Source of the DNA: Octopus sinensis
Taxonomy: Eukaryota
Direction of reading: 5' to 3'
DNA: 64,000 nt
Assembly (NCBI RefSeq): GCF_006345805.1
Contig: NW_021829832.1
Location: 682,001 to 746,000 of the forward strand
The position numbers were made by a program, and so were the translations under genes. The notes beneath the pieces are model-generated. The model was not told the DNA's origin. It ran no database searches and saw only the letters and a program-made list of their open reading frames with translations. Shown piece by piece: positions 1-11,074 of the stretch; the stretch's first letter is position 1, and the number at the start of each line of letters is the position of its first letter.

Positions 1-1449
1 ATAGTTGTTCCTGGAATGGAGCCGTCCTGATGAGGTGTTCTCAGCCTCAATATGGGATTATTGGCCGGAGATGTCCCGAGGATGAATTGTTCATTTCCAG
101 AGTGTCTGAAATGTGTGAAAATGGAATCAAAATTGCTGATTGTCGCTCTTATATGGCTGCCACTGCCAACAGGACCCGAGGAGGGGGAGTGGAGTTCCCA
201 GGTTATGGAATGCCACCAAATTTGCAGAATATTACAACTTTCCAGTTTTTTTTCTAAATATTCCAAACATCCACAAAGTCCGCAGTTATGGAGATGATTT
301 AAAAAACAACTGCTCTCAATGGCAGAGGAATAATGGCTCTCCTTTGGAGACTACCAAGTGGATGGAGTGCATCAGAAATATTCTGAGCTCAGGAAACGAA
401 TGTGTTGGAGAAGTCATCGATTTTTCTCGATCCCTTCTCATACACTGTTCAGACGGATGGGACAGAACAGCTCAGATTTCTTCTCTCGTTCAAATTCAAC
501 TCGACCCATACTATCGATCAATACTTGTACTAAGAACTATTTATAGATTAGGGATTCCAAGTGCTGGTTGAGAAGGAATGGGTTGCTCATGGCCATTGTT
601 TTGCTACTCGGTGTGGGGGAGAGGAGGACTCGCCAGTTTTTGTGCAGTGGATTGAGTGTGTTTATCAGTTAATGATTCAGTTCCCCGATTACTTTGAATT
701 TAATGAAGCTTTTTTGGTGACAGTCCCCCCTTACCATTCTGAGTAGATTAGACTTATCCAACATTCTTATTCTACTTTATTTGGAGACTTTTTGGCTAAT
801 TCGGCAAAGGAACGTCAGGAATCGGGGATCGATGACAAGACATTTTGTCTTTGGTCTTATTTGTCACCTGAGGACCCTTCTTTCGTCAACCCCACATACT
901 CAGCATGTCCCGCTTCCTTAAAAAACGTGCTCCTTTCTAATCAACATGATATCCAATTTTGGAAGAGACTGCATTTCGATTGGTCTCGGACATTGGACAT
1001 CACATCCAGACATCTCCAAGTGGGGGATCTTGTCAAACTCCCCTTTAAATTTGAAATGGACGAAACAGACGATTTTTCTCTATTTTTGGACGTGGACGGT
1101 CTTCCATGTTTTGAATACACCCCGACAGTAATCGAGACCAAGTCCACGTTATTTTCTGCAACTCAGACATTGGTATTTTATTATTATGATCATGTAGGAC
1201 TTAATTGACTCGGACGACTCCATTTTATCCGTCAGTGACATAGATAGCGCGGAATTGAGCTCGAATCATGGGACTGTGTGTCACCTCTGTACTAGAATTA
1301 TCGAATCAAATATCAGGCACTGCTGGTTGTAGTTTTGTATATTGACTCTTAGTATGTGTGGATTCTGCGTTTGTAGTCAATGTGTTGTCAATCGATGGTT
1401 TTTTTACAATAATCATCGACTGATTTGCATTAAATGTGGCTCTCTCTGA
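1..1449 (+). CDS. MTMR3/MTMR4: Myotubularin-related phosphoinositide phosphatase with C-terminal FYVE-like finger (5' part lies outside the window)
   Basis: Catalytic HCSDGWDRT motif, PYYRSI|[18 protein letters not shown] and [12 protein letters not shown]-terminal [22 protein letters not shown], stop at 1447-1449. Frame restored by 25-30 nt GT-AG introns (e.g. 527-551, 717-746). Confidence 0.9.
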
Positions 1450-1801
1450 TCATTCTATTTAATAAATCACGATTTTGTTCTTATTTACTTTAAATCAAAG
1501 TTATTTCAAGAATTAGCACTTAATTTGAGAATTGGATCCTGTCATAACATTTAACTTTAAACTAAAAATTCTTAATTTCGAAATATAAAAATTGAACTCC
1601 AATAAATACAATATCATCAAAAAACTCGATGACAACCAAAGTGTTGAAAAAGACGGGATAAGTGAAGAAATTCCTGAATTGTTTTATAAAAGATTGGAAT
1701 TATTTAAAGCCAAATTTTAAAAATAAATATCTTAGTTTTTGATGAATTTCTTCTCATTATCATTCAAAAGAAGAGTCTTGTACAAAACCTAGAATATTGA
1801 A

Positions 1802-2126
1802 ATTATTATTATAGGCACTTTCGCAATGCCATGTATCATGACCAAACTTGTGCAGCACAGGAAACAATACGAGTAATTAGTTTATTCCATTTCCCGCGAT
1901 CTTGGGCGACGTCCCGTAATGCATCGAGATCGTCCCCGACCTTCAATTCTTTACCAGCCCTCTTTAGGTCTCTATCCAGCGTACCAGGGAGAGTATTTCT
2001 TAGTCGCCCACGGAAACGATGGCCCCCAGCTTAGAAATAGTCCTCCATAGCGGCGTTTCCCGGTGCATCCAAATCCATCCTTAGAATGTGCCCAAACAGC
2101 CTCCATCGGCATTCGGAATGAAGATT
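1802..2126 (-). mobile_element. RTE-like non-LTR retrotransposon, 3' end fragment
   Basis: Minus-strand translation RWRLFGHILRM...RGRLRNTLPGTLDRDL...AQDRGKW, followed by a (TAA)n tail at about 1802-1812. Confidence 0.75.
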
Positions 2127-2326
2127 GAAATCATTTAAGAAAACTATTAGTTTTAATAAAATTAGTTCAATTGTTTAAATTATGACACTTCGGGAGAACG
2201 ATAAACTTGAAATTGCTTAAAAAATATTAATTTGTAAGAAAAGCAGTCTTAAATTTACTTCTTATAAATAATTAAATTGTAAATTAAATTTCTTAGACAA
2301 ATCATTAGAATTGTTAAAATATTTAG

Positions 2327-3991
2327 TTAAGATGGTTTAGAGACCAGTCCTGCAGGGCCTTTCCCCAATTTTTTGTTTGGAATTGTACTTTTTATTGGTT
2401 TGAATCCAACATCGTCTGATCTAATTCCAAAATACTCCATTTTGGACTCGTAGGCATTACTTAAATCATTATGGGCCTATTGACTGATAACAAACATCCC
2501 AACCTTGCATATTTTAGCAAGTTGCCCTTGCAGATCCTTAATCGCGGTGTTTTTCGAATCCAAGACATCCTTAAATTATTAAAATCATTTATTAACTTCT
2601 AATTTTGTCAGAACAGCGGTGACCGCCGAGGGGTCGAGATTAGAAGCTGCCAAAACCTCAGCAAGTTGAGCATCTTTAGTTTCGAGGGCTGTTTGTACAG
2701 CCTCTAATTTTTTGTTTAGCAAAAGATTTTTTAGCCCAGATTTTTGACGGACCTCCTCTATCGCACTGACGAAATTTTTATAGAGCGAATCTCGCTCTTC
2801 CACCACCTACAAGGTGCAGAAAATTCCTTACCGTTGAAAACCTCTGTTCCAACACCTCATACTCATAAAGAACTGACTCATGTTCTTTAGTGAGGATTTT
2901 GAGTTGTTTTTTGGTGTTCTAAAATAATTTTAAAATATCACCGAAAGTGTTTCCTTGTCTTTGTTGTAGAACTTTAATTGTTTGTGTAATTCTTCCAACT
3001 CTTCTCGCGCTTTTTGGAGAGGTTCGACAAGTCTTCGATTTTCTCCAAGAACTTCGTTCATTTGTTTGTCAAGACGATCCTCCTTTTTCTTCATTTTTTC
3101 CATTTCATCCTTATTTTTAGAGAACTCGACATGCCTTGAGAGTATTTATCAGTGCGAGGTTGTTAAGGGTTATGTCGTTGTAATAGTTTTTTATGTCGCT
3201 GAATGCTTTCTCGTGGTTTTTCATTAAAACGTTGATCTGCGTGTTTTTTCGCTCCTCGACTTGGTTGATTTCGTTCTTTCTAAGCAAGTCCATTTCTTCT
3301 CTTTGGATTTTTAGCTTTTTTGTATATTTTTCCTCTAATTTCCGAATCTCTCCGTCAAATCGTTCTTTCATCTGCGCTTCTCTCTCGTCACGACTCTGAA
3401 ATAAATTTACAAGGAAAACCAGTTTTAAGTTTTTTACAACGTCTTCGTATGAGAGTTCGGATTCTCGTAATTTTGTTTTCAGTTCGGATTTTTGAAGGAC
3501 TAGATCTCCTTCTTTTGAGTCGTATTCTTCTCTCATCAAGTTGGCTCCAACAATATTTTCAGCTTTTAGGCTGGAAATGCTGTTTTGATGTTCGTATAGC
3601 AAATGCTTTACTTTTTGTTTGTAAACCTAATTGTAGAAAGTTGTTTGTTCAACTTTGATTTCAGTCAAATGTCTTTCTTCGCTTTCTTCCAATTCTCTGT
3701 CTTTGTTCCTTAATTCTGCCTTTTTTTCTTCCAGTTGTCTTTTGGTGATTTGCCAAAAGACGTTGATTTTGTCTCTGTCCAATAAAAAGAAACTCCTTTC
3801 TTCTCGTTCTCTGTCTAATTCTTCATGTAGTTGGCCGATGTGAACTTCAAGCTAAATATGGTGATTTAAATATAACCTGCTCTTTGCTCATTTCCTGGAT
3901 ATTTACTCCGTCCATGATCACAGGCTGAGCAGCTGCTTTGGCTTTTTTCCCTTTTTTTGGAGCCTTCTTAATCACTATCAAAATATACCAT
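2327..3991 (-). CDS. GAS8: Growth arrest-specific 8 / dynein regulatory complex subunit 4
   Basis: ATG followed directly by a 22-nt intron (3967-3988), then KAPKKGKK...EMSKEQ|[57 protein letters not shown], and C-terminal [13 protein letters not shown]. Confidence 0.92.
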
Positions 3992-4165
3992 TTTAGCAAT
4001 GTTTCTAAGCAATAATAAATCTACATTTTTTAAACATTAATGGAGTGTGAAACTCGAAATTTTTTCTCAGAAAAAAACAAAATTTAAGAACTTTGCCGCT
4101 AATTTAAAAACAGATATTGGTATTTTAAAAATAAATAAATTTAGCGGTAGACTTTTGGTTGCGTC
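3992..4165. promoter_or_regulatory. Probable bidirectional promoter between GAS8 and MSH2
   Basis: Only 174 bp separate the divergent start codons at 3991 (-) and 4166 (+). No specific motif identified. Confidence 0.5.
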
Positions 4166-7100
4166 ATGGAACATCGTCAATTAACTGGTCGATTAATAAT
4201 TAATTAAATATTTAGAGAAGAATATAATTAAATATTTAACCGGACTATCCCAAGTAAATACATAAATCCGACCATTTTAGTCAGATACCGAAACCATAAG
4301 AATATTTGTCAAAAATGTAAAACATCAGCACCTCGATAATTGTTATCTGTTTGGAAAAGATGTTCAACTCTACTGCGACTATCAAAAGACACACCCCACC
4401 ACGTTTTACCACATTTCCAACAGTTTTTCCAACCTGTGCTTACATTAGACGAACAAATAAGCTATATTGTCTTCTCTAATGCCAATTTCGACACATTTGT
4501 CGGCAACATTTTGTCTTCTCGTCCATTTCGGGTGGAAATCCATTCAAACGAGAACGACTTTGTCTGGAAATTAACAAAAACTGTAAAAAAATTGATTCAT
4601 TCTAAGCTTTCTCCTGTCAACTGTGCTGATTTCGACACCTTTGCTCAGGAAACACGTTCAAATGGACTGATGGCTCTAAAAATATCGAATAATGTTTGTC
4701 GAATTATCTTTTTTTAGGTCGTGGGAGTGGCTGTGGTGGGGGTTGAGTCCTGGTTTATGAAGGTTTGTGAATTCGTCGATGATTTGTCTTCTCTGAACTA
4801 TCTCGAGGTTATTTTTGTGGTGGGATCCACCAGATAGCCATTCTGCAGTTCAACCCTCGGGAAATTGTGCTCGAGGCTTGTGCTGCTTCCAACATCTTGA
4901 AACAAATTGCCGAAAAGAATTCAATTTTGTTGACTTATTTGAAAAAGGGTTATTTTTAGTTTATATTTCAGGTTTTTTTGACTCATCAAACTTGAAACAG
5001 GATCTCTCCCGACTTGTTAAGGACACAAAAATTATTCATTCAAGTATTTTCATAAAAATAATATTTCTAGTTATTACAAATTATTCTGTTTCCCGCTTAG
5101 CTTTGTCGGCGGGAATCAAATATTTGCAGGTCCCCATTTTGTTAATTTCTTTAGCTAATAAACGAATCCTCTAATTTTGGTCGGTTTGAATTGTACGAAC
5201 ATAATTTGTCGGGAATAATGCGACTAAACTGTGCCACATTGCGAGGACTGAACATATTCCCTGTCGGAGATGACAATTTATCATTGTTTGGAGTGCTCAA
5301 TAAGACCAGAACAAATCAAGGTGCAAAACTACTGGAGGATTGGATCCGCCAACCCCTTCTGGACAAGGCTCTACTAGGTGGGTTATTTGTGCTCATCAAG
5401 TCGTCTAGAAGAGCGGATGGACATTGTACAGGCCTTTGTGGATGACCATCAACTCAGAATGTTTCTTCATGAAGACTTTTTGCGACGTTTTCCCGACCTT
5501 AATAAACTTTCTGGAAAATTCAGACGACGTTCTGCTACTTTGGAGGTTATAGTGATTTATCTACAGGAAGGACTGTTATCGTCTCTATTCCTGTCTAGAG
5601 CGATGTCCTGAGGCAATCTCAAGGCTGAGGCGATCGAATGAACCTGTTTTGGAGTCGGTTTGGTCTCCGCTGCAGGAATTGAGAGACCGTTTCGAAGGAT
5701 TTTACCAAATGGTGGTGGATGTTGTCGATTTGGATGAGATTGAGTCCCGAAATGAGTATCTTGTGCGTGATTCTTACGATCCACTTCTTCCTGGTAGACT
5801 TTGAGACTGACTTTCAGAGATGACTAAGAAAATGAGTGTCCTCAACTCAAAGATTGAGCGAGAAGCTGAAGGGGTGGGCTTCAGACTGAGCTTTGATAAT
5901 AAAAAGACAGTAAAAACTGAACAGACGCCTCAATTCGGTCTCGTGTTTCGAATTCCGAGAAAAGATGAACGATGTCTGCGTGGGTGGTCTGAAATTTCCA
6001 TCCTCGACACAACCAAGGCTGGGATCAGATTTGAGACGACAGTCCTCAGAGAACTCGACGTGGAATTAAAGCAGGTCATGGCCGACTACAAGCAGCATCA
6101 GTCTGTGGTTGTTCGACAAGTCATTGAAATAGCGAGTTTGTGATTGGTTAGTGCATGTTTAGGTGAGTATTGTGATCTCATGTGCTTTCTCAACTCATTT
6201 GTGGCCCGTTTGGATGTTCTGACTTGTTTTGCTGTGGTGGGAGTGTCTTCTGGGTACACACGCCCCACACTTCTTCCGAGAGGACACGGAGTCCTGGAGT
6301 TGGAGGAAGCCAGACATCCTTTGGTGGAGGCTCGACGAGGGGGACTGAACTATATAAGGAACAGTGCGAAGCTAAGAAAGGATGGAGAACGGTTTATGAT
6401 TGTGACTGGTCCGAATATGGGCGGCAAGTCGACTTATATTAAATCAGTTGACATGTTGATTAGTCAGTTTAGGTGGCACTTGTCGTCCTTATGGCCCAAA
6501 TTGGGTGTTTTGTACCCTGTAAAGCCGCTGTTGTGTCGCTGTGCAGTGGGATATATGCACGTGTGGGGGCCAATGACGATCCAATGTCCGGAGTCTCCAC
6601 TTTTATGGGAGAAATGTTGGAAACTGCATCACTTCTACGAGTAATGTGTGATAGGGGTATTTTAGTGTGCGGATGAGGACTCCTTGGTAGTAATAGACGA
6701 ATTAGGACGAGGTACTTCCACTGTGGATGGTCTCGGACTGGCATGGGCGATATCTCAGTTGTCCATTGAGTTAAACACGTTTTTAGACACATTTCTGTAA
6801 ATTTACGGTGCTTTGGCTTGTTTGCGACTCATTTTCATGAGTTGGTTGGTTTAAAGTCTACGTGTGGACCTTCTGTTGGGTTTTATCAGGTGGCAGTACA
6901 TGTTGGTGATGGAGACTTTGCACTGTTGTATCAGATTATACCTGGTTGTCTTCCGTTAAGTTTTTTACGGAAATAGGTGTCTCTGATAAGAGTTTTGGAG
7001 TTCAAGTTGCTGTTCTCACAGGGTTTCCGGATGAGGTGGTCGAGGTTACTAGCAATGCGATTTATTGGTTAGGAAGCGAGGAGATCCGTGGAGGAATTGG

Positions 7101-7314
7101 AGGCGGACGGTTATGAAATAGCAAGTGATAATATTGACAGAAAGGTGGAGAGGTCTGGGCACATTTTTAGTGTGGGGAGGAAATTATGGATCAGTTCTTA
7201 AGTGAGTGTTATGCTATGGCAAAAAGTGTGGAAGCGACAGAGGAAGACTTTTCCAATTCGAAAAGACTTTTTTTGGAATGTGGAAATAAGTATATTCGTG
7301 ATTTGTTAAAATAA
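4166..7314 (+). CDS. MSH2: DNA mismatch repair protein MSH2
   Basis: [12 protein letters not shown]|DCYRLY, Walker [55 protein letters not shown]. Many 24-32 nt introns. Stop TAA at 7312-7314. Confidence 0.95.
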
Positions 7315-7332
7315 TTTTTTTATTCTTTTAAT

Positions 7333-7971
7333 CAGTGGTTCTCAAACTCAGGTACGCGAAAAATTTTTGAAAATCTTTTTAATTTTCGGTTCAACGTAAA
7401 AAAATATTAAATTAAAGAAAAATTAAAACATCATATAATTTTCCATTTACTTGGATTGAAGAATTAAATTGAAAAATATACGCTGAAATTAATGCCGTAG
7501 ATCTTAAGATTTTTGTCAATTCTTTTTCCGTAAAAGTTTATAGTTTACCTTTAAATATTCAAAAAGAATTTATTGAATTAATAAACTCCTACGAGTCAAA
7601 AATCTTATTTAAATCTTCACCATTAATTGAATTTTGGTGTACAATGATATCAAAATATCACAACATTGGATTCTATATAATCGATTTTTTGCTTTTGTTT
7701 CCGACTACATATCTCTGCGAACAAGGATTTTCATCGTTGATTAGTTTATGATCAGTTCATCGTGTGAGGCTGAATGTTGTTCATGATATTCGGGCGTGCC
7801 TTTCATCAAAGGATCCAGAATTCGATAAATTAGTGGTTGATAAACAACACCATTCATCTTATTAATTAAATAATTTTTTTCCTTAATTTTTAAAAATCGA
7901 TAAGAGGCACGCGAAGAATTATTTAGATAACAAGGGGTACGCAAGGCAAAAAAGTTTGAGACTCTAAATTG
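7333..7971 (+). mobile_element. hAT (Charlie/Buster-type) transposon remnant
   Basis: Left end CAGTGGTTCTCAAAC, degenerate right end GTTTGAGACTCT, and dimerisation-domain motif LFPTTYLCEQGFSSL. Confidence 0.75.
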
Positions 7972-8099
7972 ACAGGGATATCATATTTGTTTATTTAGAA
8001 TAAGATTTATATTTTCCATATTCTGGGTGTCCCCTTGGAAAATCTCTTTAAAGGTTTTGTGTAGTTTTGTAATTAGTGGAATTAAAAAAAGTCAATTCT

Positions 8100-8592
8100 T
8101 TCCAGTAGTTTATTCGAAGATCTAACCACGATTGGAAGAAACTATTTAATGATTAATGACTTAATTTTGAAAAGTGAAGATGAGGAATATTCGATGGAAA
8201 AAGCATATGAAGAGTTAGATTCAATCATTTTTCATTCGGATCCGTGCAATATAAAAAATTATATTATAAAGAAACTAGAAAAAACAGGAATATCTGATAT
8301 TCTCCATTTTTCTAACAAGAACATTCCTCCAATAGTTTATGCTAATTTGGCAAAAAGTAGCCCAAGTTCGTCATCTGTTGAAAGGGCAATATCTCTTATT
8401 TCAAAAATTATAACAACAGACAGGAATTATAAACCAGAAAATATTAATGATTATGTTGTTACTTATTATAATAATTAATTTTGTAATTTTTTCTATAAAT
8501 TAATTTTAAATTTTCCCTTTGAAGTTTAAAATTTCGAAAAATGCTATCATTTGTTATTTTTTCTTTGGTGATTGGTATTTTTTGGTTGCCCT
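8100..8592 (+). mobile_element. hAT transposase C-terminal remnant
   Basis: ORF 8149-8478 ends in SSPSSSSVERAISLISKIITTDR, resembling the hAT dimerisation motif S(A)SVERxFS. Confidence 0.5.
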
Positions 8593-8656
8593 AGTCATCA
8601 AACAATTTTCAATGTATTTTGACGAAAAATTTCTTATATGCAAAATTGACTTTCGT

Positions 8657-8912
8657 CTGAGGGAATGATGATAAGCATCTTTATTAACCAACAACTGTGT
8701 CTTTTAAGAAAGGTGGTCGTTAATAGCTCAGATTTAATTTTGTCAGTATTGTTTTGACACCACTAAGCCGGTAAAAAATTCAAATTTTTTTAAAAATAAA
8801 ATTTACAAAATCAGCATAGTTCAATTTTTTAAATTTTCGATCTAATATTCATAAAAATTTTCATTAATTCATTTAGAGGCTATTTTCGTGCAGGATGAAA
8901 TGCACAAGTACC
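8657..8912 (+). mobile_element. Right-end fragment of the Merlin element at 27294-28714
   Basis: Near-identical to 28424-28690, including the TIR ending ...GCAGGATGAAATGCA(C)AAGTACC. Confidence 0.85.
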
Positions 8913-9500
8913 GAGAATCCTTTACAAATCTATTCAAATGTTGTTTCTCAATGTGATGCAGCATCCAGAATTATTCGCCCTTCTGCAGATTCTTTCAAGG
9001 GAACAATAAGAAATCAACGTTTGTCTCTACCAATTCCAGAAAAATATTCTAAATCTCAAAGATATTCCATCATTTTAAATTTTAACTCTTGGTCCAGATT
9101 CAGAAAACTTTTTAATTTATGTTAATCATTCAAGAAACGATAGAATTTTAATATTTGGCACCAATACTAATTTAATTCCAAAACACAAAATATAGATGGA
9201 AATTTTTCTATGGCACCATGTATATTCAAGCAAATATATTTTATCTGAATTGAGTTCAATTTCAGTCCAATTACAGCTATTTATAAATTATTTTCTTCTA
9301 CATCAAAAAAGATTTACAAAGAATTTTTTGAGACTATTCAAAATGCAATTCATAATTTGAATTTGGAATTTTGTCTTGAAACTATTATGGCAGACTTTGA
9401 AGATTCGGTATTTCTAGCTGTCCCTGCAGTATTTGGAAGACGAATGCATATTAGAGGATGTTTTTATCATCTAAGGTAGTCAACTTGGAGAAAAATTTCA
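8913..9500 (+). mobile_element. Mutator-like (MULE) transposase remnant
   Basis: Disrupted frames give ILIFGT, DGNFSMAP.IFKQIY, IMADFEDS, AVPAVFG..HIRGCFYHL, TWRKI, typical of MULE DDE domains. Confidence 0.65.
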
Positions 9501-9501
9501 A

Positions 9502-9633
9502 GTCCGTAATTTCGTTAACGAACCCGTCGTCTGAACTGATGACTTGTCTGATGGCTGATCCATCATAGACCTCCCAATAGTCGACTTGTCTGTCCGTCCC
9601 ATTGGCAATAATTTGGACTTTGTTGTAGTCATA
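9502..9633 (-). pseudogene. CFAP52: Isolated fragment of ciliary WD40 protein CFAP52/WDR16
   Basis: QIIANGTDRQVDYWEVYDGSAIRQV matches the remembered CFAP52 segment QIITSGTDRKIAYWEVFDGTVIREL. No flanking exons seen. Confidence 0.7.
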
Positions 9634-9774
9634 CTCTTGGATGAAGAGTCGATTGTAGGAAAAAAAATCAAGTATTGAAAAAATTGTTAAAAATTAAAAG
9701 TTGCTATTATTGCTGTATAAAGATATGATACAAAGTAAAAAAAAATTGCTTGCCTTTTTTCTGCTTGACTTTTT

Positions 9775-10240
9775 TTCCTACAATCAACTCTTCATCCAAG
9801 AGTAAATCGGCTAAGGATAGTGGGCGGCTGCGTAACCAGTCCCCAGAATGTGGTTGCGCGGCTGCGTTCATTGAGGCGAGTTCGATTTGATCGGCGCTTG
9901 TTTTCAGAGATTTCACGATTTCTTTACACCAAATAGAATCCCAACTTTTTTTTAAAAATGAACCAGCTCGGGGATGGCAAGACCAGATGCAGTCCAAACT
10001 TCGACGGCAGAAAAAAATTCAGTCAGTTCGAAATGTTCAAGCGAGGAAAAAAGAAGAGAATTAACGAAATTTCTCAATTCCGATAGCGAAAATAGATAGA
10101 AAGGCAGAGAGATGCCAATCACGACCGGATCCCAATATTACCGAATCGTAGAGGTAACATTGCACAAGTAAGTTTGTTTCAAAAGAAGTTAACATTGAGT
10201 AATTTCTCGACAGACTTCCAGATAATAAAATCCAGATCAG
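9775..10240 (-). mobile_element. Degenerate CRE-clade retrotransposon fragment
   Basis: AAQPHSGDWLRSRPL..LLLDEE and MLPLRFGNIGIRS align with PHSGSWL and LPVPFGGLGLRS of the 42.3-45.4 kb element. Confidence 0.6.
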
Positions 10241-11074
10241 ACAACAGGTCGGTTTGTATATTATTTTTGTTTTTAATTGAATGTCAAGTGGTTCACTCTG
10301 TCAAGTATCTAGGCCACCAGGTCACCCAGTATGTGGCACGATATATTTCGACAAGATTTCCAGCAGAGTCATATAAGAAAGAGAAATATCTCTTGAACTA
10401 TTTCTTCTGAACATTAGTTTCGATGGGGGCTTTCGGTATGATAAGTTCATGTGTTGCGTGATAACAAAAATCGCCTTTTTTGTCTCTAAAAGGTTATTAA
10501 AAAACTTTGTGATTTTTCAACCAATTTCCTTTGCTATATTCTAAGGAGCTTTGCTCAATCATATGAGCTTTTTCATCTCATCCGGGAATATTCATTAACA
10601 GAATGAATTCAGAATTAGAATTATCTCATTTGAAAAAAGGAAAATGATTTTTTATCTTATTTAAATTTGAGATTATTTTGAAATCTTATATTTATCTGAA
10701 ATCCAAATACGTGAGATAAAAATTATTTTAAAACTCCACATTTAATTAAAAACTATCTTCATTTTTGAAAAAATAGCAGAATTTATTAACACAAAAAATA
10801 TAAAACTCAGATTTTCAGCCACAAATATAAAATTAGTGCGATATAATCAAAATTTAATACGCTACATATATCTATAAAATGCGATAAATAAAAAAAAGTA
10901 AATGATAAATGAATTATTGCGTCTATTCGAAGTAAAATTGATATTAAAGAATTAATTCTAAAATTAAAAATGATTATTTAATGTAAATTAATTTGACTGT
11001 GAACTAGATTTTAAGTGAGTGATTTTCCTCAGCTTGTTACCAGCAATTAATATTTAACTTATTGGTGATAGAAA

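Noticed and set aside
10250-10440. Gypsy-like RT motif VKYLGH
   Set aside because: Only a few residues, with no supporting context.
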